From Alphaproteobacteria bacterium (GTDB taxonomy: Bacteria; Pseudomonadota; Alphaproteobacteria; CAAHEQ01; UBA3637), in NCBI GenBank assembly GCA_045660045.1, contig JAZRDB010000006.1:465-64464 (forward strand): DNA of 64,000 nucleotides, read 5' to 3'. A program made the translations under genes and the position numbers. Within the stretch, counting starts at the first letter, position 1. Each line of letters starts with the position of its first letter. The notes under the pieces are model-generated. The model worked only from the letters and a program-made list of their open reading frames with translations, was not told the origin of the DNA and did not search any database. Of the stretch, positions 27,503 through 35,998 are shown in pieces.

Positions 27503-28744
27503 TTATATCTGTTGTGGAGGTGGTACGTCCCCATTGCTTCCATTCGGCGTAGAAGAAGAGGAGTCTGTCGTTTGTGTCGGTTGTATGAGTGTTGCTGCTG
27601 TATTTTTTTGTGTTGGATTCGCTTCCTTAGAATCAGATCCAATGGCCTCAACGATGGATGTAAAATTCTTGGTTTGCAGAATTTCAGATAATTCTTTATG
27701 AATTTTATGAAAAACGCTCGGACCTTCATAAATTAGGCTGCTTTCATCCAAAGCCACAAATGTTGCGCCTGCTGTAATGTGAGCAAAGGCAGTCTTGCCA
27801 TCAAAAACACCACCAGATGCAATAATGGGAATCTTGTTTTGAAGTAGGGGATAAAGACGACGAATTACCTCATTTGCATATTCGTGGGTTGGCTTTCCAA
27901 TCAACATGCCAGACATTTGATATTCTTTGGATCCTTGTAAGCGAAGGCGGGTGTTCTTTGCTAAAGACATTGGACCTGCAACCACAACACCATCGGCACC
28001 ACTGGACAACAGAATTTGCGCCACCAACGGTATCTCCATCATGTTTAAATCCAATGGAATTTTTACAAAAACTTTTGGTGGGCGAATAGGAGCCGCTTGA
28101 TTGACTGTCTCCTTAACAGCTCGAATAATTGGTAAAATCGTGGACGCATCAACCATCAACACACACAACTCGGAATTAGGATGTGAAAAATCCAATGTAA
28201 TGAAATCGCAATAAGGGGCGACACGTTGAGCCATCACTACAAATTCATCGACATAAGCAAAATGGCGTCCTTGTTTGATATTGCTTTCTTCGTTTTCAGC
28301 AGGAATCGCCACATCAATGCCTACAAAATGTGGTAAATAACGACGTTTTACAAACCAAGGTAACATCTTTAATAAACCAGGATTACGATAGCCCGTGCAT
28401 TGAACGACAATAGCGCGATCATTTTTAAAGAAATATTTTTCTTGTGGAGGGAGTTCTTTTTCCAAAGTATAGGGGCCAAATGTCCCAAAACTATATCCCA
28501 TTTGCATTAATTGATCCAAGGTATTGCCTCGCTTATCAATGCCATCTGCTAAACCAATAGGGGATGAAAAATGTCTGCCAAACATATCAATGCCTAAGAC
28601 CGGATCAGAAACATGCCCACTTGGAAAAGAACCATCGCGTAATCCCCAGTATAGCAACTTATGCGCCCATTTAAGGTTCACATGTTGGACAATCCACCAA
28701 AAAATAATAAATAAGAAATTTCCGGCATTATGTGATTTTTCCAT
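27503..28744 (-). CDS. Dihydroorotate dehydrogenase (class 2)-like protein, divergent at catalytic positions, with an S/T/P/Q-rich tail
   Basis: Collinear with PyrD (SPIGLADGIDKRG, VFVKIPLDL, PIIASGGV). The ISSPNT catalytic-Ser motif reads FSHPNS, and ATNTT reads VAGPM. Confidence 0.55.
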   Translation of the reverse strand: MEKSHNAGNFLFIIFWWIVQHVNLKWAHKLLYWGLRDGSFPSGHVSDPVLGIDMFGRHFSSPIGLADGIDKRGNTLDQLMQMGYSFGTFGPYTLEKELPPQEKYFFKNDRAIVVQCTGYRNPGLLKMLPWFVKRRYLPHFVGIDVAIPAENEESNIKQGRHFAYVDEFVVMAQRVAPYCDFITLDFSHPNSELCVLMVDASTILPIIRAVKETVNQAAPIRPPKVFVKIPLDLNMMEIPLVAQILLSSGADGVVVAGPMSLAKNTRLRLQGSKEYQMSGMLIGKPTHEYANEVIRRLYPLLQNKIPIIASGGVFDGKTAFAHITAGATFVALDESSLIYEGPSVFHKIHKELSEILQTKNFTSIVEAIGSDSKEANPTQKNTAATLIQPTQTTDSSSSTPNGSNGDVPPPQQI

Positions 28745-28745
28745 C

Positions 28746-30443
28746 TTAAACCCCTTCGTGATGTTTTTGTTTCAATGCTTCTTTTTCTTCGTCGGTAATC
28801 TTTCTGAACAACGGTTCTGTTGGCAAGAAAGAATCACCGGATTTTAACGTTTGCAAAAGGTTTTCCGCTTTATCTGTTGGCCAAACAAATGGCGGTTTCT
28901 TGCCAAAAATAGCCAACATTTTTTCTGCCGTTTCGGGCATAATCGGAGCTGTCAGTTGAGCAAACAAATGTACTAAATTCAATGCGATGTTCAAAATTGT
29001 ACCCGCATAGTCTTTGTTTTCTTTTACCACTTTCCACGGTTCAGTTTGTGCAATGTAATTGTTGCCAGTTGTCCAAATTTCACGCAAAAGTGCCAAAGAT
29101 TTTCTGAATTCAATCGCATCCATCTGCTCGGTATATTTTTTAATTAAATCGTCTAATGTTGTAAAGAGTTCCGTTTCTTTGTCTGTAATAGGGCCTAAAG
29201 GCGGCACAACAGTTCCAAAATTATTTTGGGTCATTTTTAAAACACGGTTGATAAAATTGCCCAACACATCGTTCAAATCTTTATTGACAGTTGCTTGGAA
29301 TAAATCAAATCCAAAGACGGAATCGTCTGACTCGGGGCTGTTGGCTGGAATCCAATAACGCCAATAATCCGCGGGGAATTCTTCCAATGCTTCGTCCAAA
29401 AAGACACCACGATGTTCAGATTTGGAAATTTTTCCGCCAATGAAGTTTAACCAACTTGTTGCCTTCAAGAAATTGACCTGTGTCCAGTTTTCTTTAGATC
29501 CAAACAGCATACCAGGGAAAATGATGGAATGGAAGGGAATGTTGTCTTTGCCGATAAATTCAGTATGCCATACCTCTTCGGGATTTAACCACCAATCCTC
29601 CCAGTGGCGATGGGCTGGGTCTTTGTCGGCCCATTCTTTTGTAATGCCGATATAACCGATAGGTGCATCAAACCAACAATAAAACACTTTGTCTTCATAA
29701 CCGGATAATGGAACGGCGAAACCATTTTTTAAATCCCGCGTAATACCACGGGCTTGTAATCCCTCTTTTAACCATTTTTGTGCAGTTGTGTAGGCAATAT
29801 CTGTCCAAATACCCTTTTTGCTTTCAATCCAGGCGGTGATTTGATCTTGCATTTTATCCAAACGGATGAACAGATTCTTGGTATCTTGGAAGGTGATATT
29901 ATGGCTGCCAGAAATGGTGCTGTATGGGTTCTTGAGCTCTTCTGGTTCCAATAATTTTGTGCAGTTTTCACATTGGTCGCCCTTGGCCTTTTCATAACCG
30001 CAATAAGGACATGTGCCGCCGACCTGACTATCGGCTAAAAATTGATTATCATCAGCACAAAATGGACGTTTTGTTGTTTTTTCCAAAATAAAACCGTTCT
30101 TTTGCAATCCATCGAAAATGCGATAGGTTAATTCTTTGTTTGGTTCGGAATCTGTGTTGCCATAAGCATCAAAGGATAGATTGAAACCTTCATAAATTTT
30201 CGTGTGAAGATCGTGATATTTTTTAATGTAGTCCTTAATAGAAAGTCCTTCTTGTTCCGCGGCAACCTCAATTTTGGTGCCATGCACATCTGTGCCGCCG
30301 ACAAACAAAACATCTTCACCTTTTGCACGCAAATAACGGGCATAAATATCAGCATTCAACATGGCTCCAGCCAAATGTCCAATATGGGGCAATCCATTGA
30401 TGTATGTTAATGCTGAGGTTATTAAATACTTCTTTTTAGTCAT
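28746..30443 (-). CDS. metG: Methionyl-tRNA synthetase
   Basis: HIGH motif (PHIGHLAG), KMSKS variant (KISKSEHRG), and Zn knuckles CPYCG...CENC. Confidence 0.95.
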   Translation of the reverse strand: MTKKKYLITSALTYINGLPHIGHLAGAMLNADIYARYLRAKGEDVLFVGGTDVHGTKIEVAAEQEGLSIKDYIKKYHDLHTKIYEGFNLSFDAYGNTDSEPNKELTYRIFDGLQKNGFILEKTTKRPFCADDNQFLADSQVGGTCPYCGYEKAKGDQCENCTKLLEPEELKNPYSTISGSHNITFQDTKNLFIRLDKMQDQITAWIESKKGIWTDIAYTTAQKWLKEGLQARGITRDLKNGFAVPLSGYEDKVFYCWFDAPIGYIGITKEWADKDPAHRHWEDWWLNPEEVWHTEFIGKDNIPFHSIIFPGMLFGSKENWTQVNFLKATSWLNFIGGKISKSEHRGVFLDEALEEFPADYWRYWIPANSPESDDSVFGFDLFQATVNKDLNDVLGNFINRVLKMTQNNFGTVVPPLGPITDKETELFTTLDDLIKKYTEQMDAIEFRKSLALLREIWTTGNNYIAQTEPWKVVKENKDYAGTILNIALNLVHLFAQLTAPIMPETAEKMLAIFGKKPPFVWPTDKAENLLQTLKSGDSFLPTEPLFRKITDEEKEALKQKHHEGV

Positions 30444-30526
30444 AGCAAATCCTTTTAAAAATCACACTTTTTCCATATTATATCTAAAACAAAATGAAAG
30501 TGCAAGAATGTTTTTTTAATAAAAAC

Positions 30527-30555
30527 TTGATTTTGGATAAAAAATGAGTTATACT
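30527..30555 (+). promoter_or_regulatory. Putative sigma70 promoter of rpoZ-spoT
   Basis: TTGATT (30527-30532), a 17-nt spacer, then TATACT (30550-30555). Confidence 0.45.
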
Positions 30556-30594
30556 TATCCACAAGTTTAAATTGATACCTAGAAAGGATAAAAA

Positions 30595-30966
30595 ATGGCA
30601 CGTAGAACAGTGGAAGATTGTATTCAAAGAGTTCCAAATCATTTTGAGTTAGTTTTGTTGGCTTCTGGTCGCGCAAAATCGTTGGAAGCTGGGGCGGATC
30701 CTATGGTTCCGCGCGAAGGCGATAAAAATCCAGTGGTGGCTTTGCGTGAAATCGGTCAAGATGCTGTGGATTTAAAGTTGTTGCGCGAGGGTGTTGTGTC
30801 GAGTTTGCAACGTTATGCTGTGGCTTCTGAGGGCGATTCCGATGCTGAAGAATTAAAGGAAGTGGAGTCCGAATTGGCTGGTGGCACAACAGAAGATGCC
30901 TTATATGCTGACAACGAATTTGTTGAATCTGAATCTTTCCAGGTTGTTGAAGGAACAGAAGCATAG
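30595..30966 (+). CDS. rpoZ: RNA polymerase omega subunit
   Basis: MARRTVEDCIQRVPNHFELVLLASGRAK is a classic RpoZ N-terminus. It sits upstream of spoT, as in many proteobacteria. Confidence 0.9.
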   Translation: MARRTVEDCIQRVPNHFELVLLASGRAKSLEAGADPMVPREGDKNPVVALREIGQDAVDLKLLREGVVSSLQRYAVASEGDSDAEELKEVESELAGGTTEDALYADNEFVESESFQVVEGTEA

Positions 30967-30995
30967 ACGTGCCAAAATAAACGGGGGAGGGGGTA

Positions 30996-32915
30996 ATGCG
31001 GCCGGATGAAATTATTAAGGCTGTTAAGCAATACGATAAAAAGGCTGATGTGACCTCGTTACGGCGGGCCTGTATGTTTGCCGAAAAAATGCATCATGAT
31101 CAGCGTCGTGAAACTGGTGAGAAATATTTGATTCACCCCTTAGCTGTGGCCGAGATTTTGTTGGAATATAAATTGGATGGTGCTTCCATTGTTGCTGCTT
31201 TGCTGCATGACACCGTGGAAGACACACCTGCTTCGTACGATTCAGTTAAGGCTTTATTCGGTAAAGAAGTTGCAGACTTGGTTCAAGGCTTGACCAAGTT
31301 GGAAACATATCAGCTGCAATCCATTAATTCGGATCAAGCCGAAAATTTTCAAAAATTGATTTTGGCATCCAGTAAAGATATTCGCATTCTTTTGATCAAA
31401 TTGGCTGACCGGTTGCATAATATGCGTACGTTGGGAATTTGTTCTGCCGAAAAGAAAAAGCGCAAAGCACAAGAAACAATGGATATTTATGTGCCACTGG
31501 CTGAACGATTGGGGTTGCATAGAATTAAAAATGAGTTGGAAGATATTTCTTTCAAAATGTTGAATCCAACAGCGTATGCAAATATCACGCAAAAATTAAA
31601 GGTAAGTCAAACCAAACAACGTGCGACAATTCAAATTGTCATTAAGCAATTGGAAGCAATGTTGAAAAAAGAAAAAATTAAAGGTCGCGTGATTGGACGC
31701 ATTAAAATGCCCTATTCATTGTGGCGAAAACTGCAAACACACCAAAACATGATGTCCTCAATTTTTGATGTCTTGGGATTCAGGATTGTTGTAAAAAATG
31801 TACCCGATTGTTATCGTGTGTTGGGGTATGTCCATGGTATGTATAAAGCTATTCCAGGACGTTTTAAAGATTATATTTCTACACCCAAAGACAGCGGATA
31901 TCGCTCTCTTCAAACCAGTGTGATTGCGCAAAAGGGGTTGCCTTTGGAAATCCAGATAAGAACCGAAGAGATGGAAGAAGAGGCGATGTTTGGTATTGCG
32001 GCGCATTGGTCATATAAGCAAGGTACAAAGTATGATGGTCGAGATTTGCCATGGATGAAAGAATTCTTGGATTTGATTTCTAAATCTAAAACACCAACGG
32101 AATTTTTGAACCGTGCTAAATTGCATATGTATTCGGATAAATTGTTCTGTTTTGATGACAAAGGAATGCTGTATTCATTACCACAAGGTGCGACGGCCTT
32201 GGATTTTGCCTGTTATCAAGGATCTAAAGTCGCTTTAAAATGTGTGGGCGTTGAGATTAATGATGATCCCGCTTTATTAAAGCAACCTTTGCACGATGGT
32301 GATAAAGTTAAATTCAAATTGTCTTCCAAAATCGTGGCGGATAAGGCATGGTTGGGGATTGTAACAACCGCTCATGCGCGCGCTTTGTTGGAGGCGCATT
32401 TTGCGGAAGCACCAGCGGAAGAAAAACCATCGTTCTTTAAACGGCTTTGGATGAAAAAAGCAAAAGAAGCAAGTATTTTGGGCGTACCATCTGGGATGAG
32501 CTATCGTTTGGATCCAAATTGTAAACCAAAAGTGGGAGATGCAATTGTTGGCATTGAGGAAGAAGGAGAATTGATTGTTCATAAACGCAATTGTCCGATG
32601 TTGAAAAAATATCTTACCAATGCAGATCGTTGGTATAGCGTTGAATGGAATACAGCGGGAAAAATGCGTAATAATATGCCCGTTGAACTAATGATTACTT
32701 GGAAAACAAGTCCTGAAAGTATGGGACAAGTGGTGACAATTCTGACTAAAGAAAAGGTATCTATCGAATCGTTTGTTATCTTGAATCAAGAACACAAAAA
32801 GACGCGGGTTAAAGCAATGATTCGGGTGAAAGACCGTGATCATTTGTTGGATGTGTTGGATGCGTTGCGTTCATGTAAGTCGATTTTAACGGTCTACCAT
32901 GAAAATGCTGAATAG
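30996..32915 (+). CDS. spoT: Bifunctional (p)ppGpp synthetase/hydrolase (RelA/SpoT homologue)
   Basis: HD hydrolase domain (HPLAVA..LLHDTVEDT), synthetase domain (RFKDYISTPKDSGYRSLQT), then TGS and ACT-like C-terminal regions. Confidence 0.93.
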   Translation: MRPDEIIKAVKQYDKKADVTSLRRACMFAEKMHHDQRRETGEKYLIHPLAVAEILLEYKLDGASIVAALLHDTVEDTPASYDSVKALFGKEVADLVQGLTKLETYQLQSINSDQAENFQKLILASSKDIRILLIKLADRLHNMRTLGICSAEKKKRKAQETMDIYVPLAERLGLHRIKNELEDISFKMLNPTAYANITQKLKVSQTKQRATIQIVIKQLEAMLKKEKIKGRVIGRIKMPYSLWRKLQTHQNMMSSIFDVLGFRIVVKNVPDCYRVLGYVHGMYKAIPGRFKDYISTPKDSGYRSLQTSVIAQKGLPLEIQIRTEEMEEEAMFGIAAHWSYKQGTKYDGRDLPWMKEFLDLISKSKTPTEFLNRAKLHMYSDKLFCFDDKGMLYSLPQGATALDFACYQGSKVALKCVGVEINDDPALLKQPLHDGDKVKFKLSSKIVADKAWLGIVTTAHARALLEAHFAEAPAEEKPSFFKRLWMKKAKEASILGVPSGMSYRLDPNCKPKVGDAIVGIEEEGELIVHKRNCPMLKKYLTNADRWYSVEWNTAGKMRNNMPVELMITWKTSPESMGQVVTILTKEKVSIESFVILNQEHKKTRVKAMIRVKDRDHLLDVLDALRSCKSILTVYHENAE

Positions 32916-32952
32916 TGATTGCTAAGAGAAGATCAAACAATTTGCGGGGATG

Positions 32953-33384
32953 TTATTCCGCCTCAGAATTAGTATCTGCTTGTTCATTCATTTGTTGAAC
33001 GGGGACAGATAAATCGGTTGGTAAAGTGTCTTCTGTTTGAGGTGTTTCTTCAACAACTTCAGGGATGTTTTCATCCGTCGTTTCTGTGTTGCGTTGGGCC
33101 TCTTTTGATGCGCGTAAAGCATTTTCATTTTCAATGGCAATATTTTGAAGACGCATATAATGGTCGGCATATTGGCGATATTGTTCGGCCAAAATCATAT
33201 CATTGGCGGTGGCAGCATCTTTTGCCAAAGCTGCGTATTTTTCGTTTAGTTGCAATGGTGTGCCACGCAATTTCCCTGCGGGACCAGAAGAATCTAAACA
33301 GGTATTGCGATAAATAACCTGAGTGGGACGATTTCCCCGATTATTAAAACGTCTATTTTGACGATTATGATTATTTTGTTTCAT
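32953..33384 (-). CDS. DUF4167 family protein
   Basis: R/N-rich N-terminus followed by LRGTPLQLNEKYAALAKDA...AEQYRQYADHY, typical of the alphaproteobacterial DUF4167 family. Confidence 0.7.
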   Translation of the reverse strand: MKQNNHNRQNRRFNNRGNRPTQVIYRNTCLDSSGPAGKLRGTPLQLNEKYAALAKDAATANDMILAEQYRQYADHYMRLQNIAIENENALRASKEAQRNTETTDENIPEVVEETPQTEDTLPTDLSVPVQQMNEQADTNSEAE

Positions 33385-33427
33385 ATGCCCTCAATGTTTG
33401 TAAAAAATTAATCCATATAAAAATTTA

Positions 33428-33502
33428 TGGCTGGGGTGGCTGGATTCGAACCAACGAATGACGGTATCAAAAACCGTTGCCTTACCACTTGGCGACACCC
33501 CA
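33428..33502 (-). tRNA. tRNA-Gln (anticodon UUG), CCA encoded
   Basis: Reverse complement is TGGGGTGTCGCCAAGTGGTAAGGCAACGGTTTTTGATACCGTCATTCGTTGGTTCGAATCCAGCCACCCCAGCCA. It has a 7-bp acceptor stem, anticodon stem ACGGT/ACCGT, loop TTTTGAT, and a GTTCGAATC T-loop. Confidence 0.9.
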
Positions 33503-33523
33503 ATCATCTCATGGATGGGAATA

Positions 33524-33552
33524 ATTATAGCAGATTTTACAAAAAAATGCAA
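33524..33552 (-). promoter_or_regulatory. Putative promoter of tRNA-Gln
   Basis: On the minus strand: TTGCAT, a 17-nt spacer, then TATAAT, ending about 21 nt upstream of the mature 5' end. Confidence 0.5.
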
Positions 33553-33560
33553 GAAATATT

Positions 33561-33821
33561 TTAGCGAGAGCCGCGGCCAACAAAACGGCGTCCCTTTGGT
33601 TGACGGGTTGTTTGTTTGTGCTTTTGATCTTTGTTTGGATAAAAAAGTCTCAAATCATTTGTACCGTGTTTGAGCATTTCGTTTTCTATTGCATAGACAT
33701 TTTCAAGCCAATAATCAGCATCTTGGACAGACAGCCGATCAAATCTTATTTCAGCCATTTCTTGATCTTCTTTTATTGAAAATGTGCGTCCATGTTTTCT
33801 TGCTTCTTCGCGTGCAAACAA
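33561..33821 (-). CDS. Hypothetical small protein between two tRNA genes (start uncertain: TTG at 33821 or ATG at 33758)
   Basis: It is the only ORF in the 400-nt gap between the tRNAs. It has a basic tail (KGRRFVGRGSR). I see no recognisable family and no clear RBS. Confidence 0.3.
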   Translation of the reverse strand: MFAREEARKHGRTFSIKEDQEMAEIRFDRLSVQDADYWLENVYAIENEMLKHGTNDLRLFYPNKDQKHKQTTRQPKGRRFVGRGSR

Positions 33822-33911
33822 GAATTTTACTTCAAATGTTCTTGCTTCTTATTTATTGTGTGAGGGCGTGTTTTCTGATGGCATAAAGTCTCCATCGGTT
33901 AGTCATAAATA

Positions 33912-33988
33912 TGGCGCGCCTGGCGAGATTCGAACTCACGACCTTTGCCTTCGGAGGGCAACACTCTATCCAGCTGAGCTACAGGCGC
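33912..33988 (-). tRNA. tRNA-Arg (anticodon CCG), CCA encoded
   Basis: Reverse complement is GCGCCTGTAGCTCAGCTGGATAGAGTGTTGCCCTCCGAAGGCAAAGGTCGTGAGTTCGAATCTCGCCAGGCGCGCCA. Anticodon stem is TTGCC/GGCAA with loop CTCCGAA. Confidence 0.9.
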
Positions 33989-33999
33989 TTGGTGGCTTT

Positions 34000-34028
34000 A
34001 TTATACTTTAAAAACGCGAAAAAATCAA
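34000..34028 (-). promoter_or_regulatory. Putative promoter of tRNA-Arg
   Basis: On the minus strand: TTGATT, a 17-nt spacer, then TATAAT, ending 11 nt upstream of the tRNA 5' end. Confidence 0.5.
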
Positions 34029-34032
34029 GGAA

Positions 34033-34980
34033 TTATTTGTTTGAAAACCATTCCCTAATGCGGCCTGCAATATCGTTGGCAGGATTAATGGCTGTAATCT
34101 TTGAGGGGGCTTTTGTGCCAACGGGAGCGGCAACGCCAGCCGCATATAAACTTTGATGAAAGCGTTTATGCTTTTCGCTCATCATATTATCAGGCGCAAA
34201 GATAAATACAGGAACGCCTGTTGCGCAACACTCAGTGCACATGGACATAGAATCTCCCGTGACGATAATTTTGTCTGCCCAAGCAAGTAAGCCAAAGTAA
34301 GGATTTTCTGCTTTATCTCCAAAGCGATAGAAAAAGCAAGGTTTTGGTAATTTTTGTTGCAATCTTTCTACCACTTTTGTGGGTGTGCGGCGCGATGTCG
34401 TTACCAAAACGGATGTAGGTTTTAAGTCTTTGACGGCTTGTACCAAAGCGTCCGCCATCTCCAATGTAAAAGGTTTGTTTTTTGTGGCCCCTCCGACAAT
34501 CAAACTCAGGCGTTTGGGAGGATACTGCTTCATGACATTTTTCCAATGCGCTTTTTCATCAGCCAATTTTTTTGTGGTGACGCGGTGGGGTGTGCCCAAT
34601 ACTTGCATCACATTTTTGGCCTTCCCTTTGTAATTATCATGAAATGGCAAGACAATTAAATCGGCATCATAAGCCCCATTTAAAGGGTTCATCAATTGAA
34701 CAATCTTGGCCTTACCCTTGGTTAATCGCTTGATGGCTCTGGCAATTGGAAAACTACGTCGTCCTGCGCTTAAAATGACATCAGGCAAATCATGCACCAG
34801 GTCTTTTTTGTATTGGGAATCCAGACCGATAAAAGTGCGTCCGCGCAAAAAATTGGGCAAACGAATCCATTTGTTATAACGAATTTCTTTGCGCTCATAG
34901 GGAAAACTCAGTGCTTCAGCGATACCTAATAACTGATTCACATTGCCAGCACGATCGTCGGCCAAAACCCATACTTTCAT
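34033..34980 (-). CDS. ELM1/DUF1022 family protein (mitochondrial-fission ELM1 homologue, glycosyltransferase-like)
   Basis: MKVWVLADDRAGNVNQLLGIAEAL N-terminus and overall length are typical of the alphaproteobacterial ELM1 family. Confidence 0.7.
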   Translation of the reverse strand: MKVWVLADDRAGNVNQLLGIAEALSFPYERKEIRYNKWIRLPNFLRGRTFIGLDSQYKKDLVHDLPDVILSAGRRSFPIARAIKRLTKGKAKIVQLMNPLNGAYDADLIVLPFHDNYKGKAKNVMQVLGTPHRVTTKKLADEKAHWKNVMKQYPPKRLSLIVGGATKNKPFTLEMADALVQAVKDLKPTSVLVTTSRRTPTKVVERLQQKLPKPCFFYRFGDKAENPYFGLLAWADKIIVTGDSMSMCTECCATGVPVFIFAPDNMMSEKHKRFHQSLYAAGVAAPVGTKAPSKITAINPANDIAGRIREWFSNK

Positions 34981-35358
34981 TTAAAATCCTTTCACAACAA
35001 CTGTGTCTGTTGCGGCCTTTTTTTGTAATTGTGTAATACCCTTTTTTATGGCTTTTTCTTGTTTGGCTGGATCTTGTTTTTCGGCACAAATATCTGTCTG
35101 GAAATATTGACAAGGGCGCCCTAAATAGGCCACATTGGCGGATTTATCCTTGACAGCGGCGGTGCGTTGTTCGGTATCCATTTGTTCTTTTTCCACATAG
35201 ACAGTCAATGGTTCGCCGGGCTTGTCTACGCGATACCATCCCGACAAAACATAAGGGGGGGTATTCAACGTTTGAAACCGAAAATCAGCTTCATCTAACG
35301 GATTGTGATAAGTGCAACCACCCAAAATTAACAAGGAAAGAATACATATTTTTCTCAT
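34981..35358 (-). CDS. Small lipoprotein
   Basis: Lipobox LLILGG|C at residues 10-15. It abuts the ELM1-like gene with no gap. Confidence 0.6.
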   Translation of the reverse strand: MRKICILSLLILGGCTYHNPLDEADFRFQTLNTPPYVLSGWYRVDKPGEPLTVYVEKEQMDTEQRTAAVKDKSANVAYLGRPCQYFQTDICAEKQDPAKQEKAIKKGITQLQKKAATDTVVVKGF

Positions 35359-35387
35359 AGACTTTAAGATAGCAAAAAAAGTCTAGA

Positions 35388-35416
35388 TTGACAAGCGTTT
35401 TCTCCATTTTTATATG
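35388..35416 (+). promoter_or_regulatory. Putative promoter of the 24-codon gene
   Basis: TTGACA (35388-35393), a 17-nt spacer, then TATATG (35411-35416). Confidence 0.4.
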
Positions 35417-35452
35417 AGAAGAGACACAAAAGGTGTCTGAAAGGAGCAAAAA

Positions 35453-35527
35453 ATGCGTATGAATTTGGATGGATGTGGTTGTGGCTGTGGTACAAAAAAG
35501 CCCAGCAAACCAAAAGAAAACAAATAA
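35453..35527 (+). CDS. 24-aa micro-protein MRMNLDGCGCGCGTKKPSKPKENK (not in the ORF track)
   Basis: aaaggag RBS 7 nt upstream, a candidate promoter 37 nt upstream, a 5' hairpin (agacac-aaaag-gtgtct), and a GC-rich hairpin 9 nt after the stop. Confidence 0.4.
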   Translation: MRMNLDGCGCGCGTKKPSKPKENK

Positions 35528-35535
35528 AAAAGAAA

Positions 35536-35556
35536 CCCCGCCGAATAATGGCGGGG
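35536..35556. terminator. GC-rich hairpin terminator shared by cspA (minus) and the micro-gene (plus)
   Basis: ccccgcc-gaataat-ggcgggg. On the minus strand it is followed by tttctttttt (strong). On the plus strand it is followed by caactttt (weaker). Confidence 0.65.
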
Positions 35557-35575
35557 CAACTTTTAAAGTCTGGTC

Positions 35576-35779
35576 TTATTTTAAGGTCAGATTTGTGGCA
35601 CAGGTTTTGCCATTTTCTTCTTTTAATTCGTAAGAAATAGCTTGACCTTCATCCAAACCACGTAATCCGGCTTCATGAATGGCTGTGATGTGCACAAACA
35701 CGTCTTTTTCACCTTCATCTGGTGTAATGAATCCATAACCTTTTTTGTAATTAAACCATTTAACTTTTCCTGACAACAT
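35576..35779 (-). CDS. cspA: Cold-shock protein (CspA family)
   Basis: GKVKWFNYKKGYGFI (RNP1) and VFVHITAI (RNP2); 67 aa. Confidence 0.93.
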   Translation of the reverse strand: MLSGKVKWFNYKKGYGFITPDEGEKDVFVHITAIHEAGLRGLDEGQAISYELKEENGKTCATNLTLK

Positions 35780-35938
35780 GTTGTCTATACTCCTTTATTA
35801 ATTTGCCTTGTCATCGGCCGTTAAATTCGACAGTACCGCCTTTAAGGCCAATTAATAAAAGAGAACTTTTATCAAAAACCTATGGCCGTCTTTTGTCAAA
35901 GACAAGGTCATTATAGGTAGAAAAAAAATAAATAGCAA
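35780..35938 (-). promoter_or_regulatory. cspA promoter and long 5' UTR (about 125 nt)
   Basis: On the minus strand: TTGCTA (35938-35933), a 17-nt spacer, then TATAAT (35915-35910). A long leader is typical of cspA-type thermoregulated mRNAs. Confidence 0.45.
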
Positions 35939-35998
35939 GGCCTTTTTACAGGAAAATTTTTACTTGCCTTGAGGCCAGAAGAAATGTAAACTGAAACC

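Noticed and set aside
30555-30563. Perfect DnaA-box 9-mer TTATCCACA in the metG/rpoZ intergenic region, as a possible replication origin
   Set aside because: It is a single box. The only other perfect copy (14619-14627) lies inside a CDS. One or two perfect 9-mers in 64 kb on both strands is about the chance expectation. No cluster or AT-rich unwinding element was seen.
33784-34156. 75-aa and 81-aa plus-strand ORFs
   Set aside because: They overlap tRNA-Arg and its promoter and the 3' end of the ELM1-like gene. The tRNA fold is unambiguous.
35453-35527. Interpreting the 24-codon ORF as an attenuation leader peptide
   Set aside because: The next plus-strand gene is about 470 nt away, beyond the oppositely oriented cspA. 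There is therefore no downstream cistron for the hairpin to attenuate.
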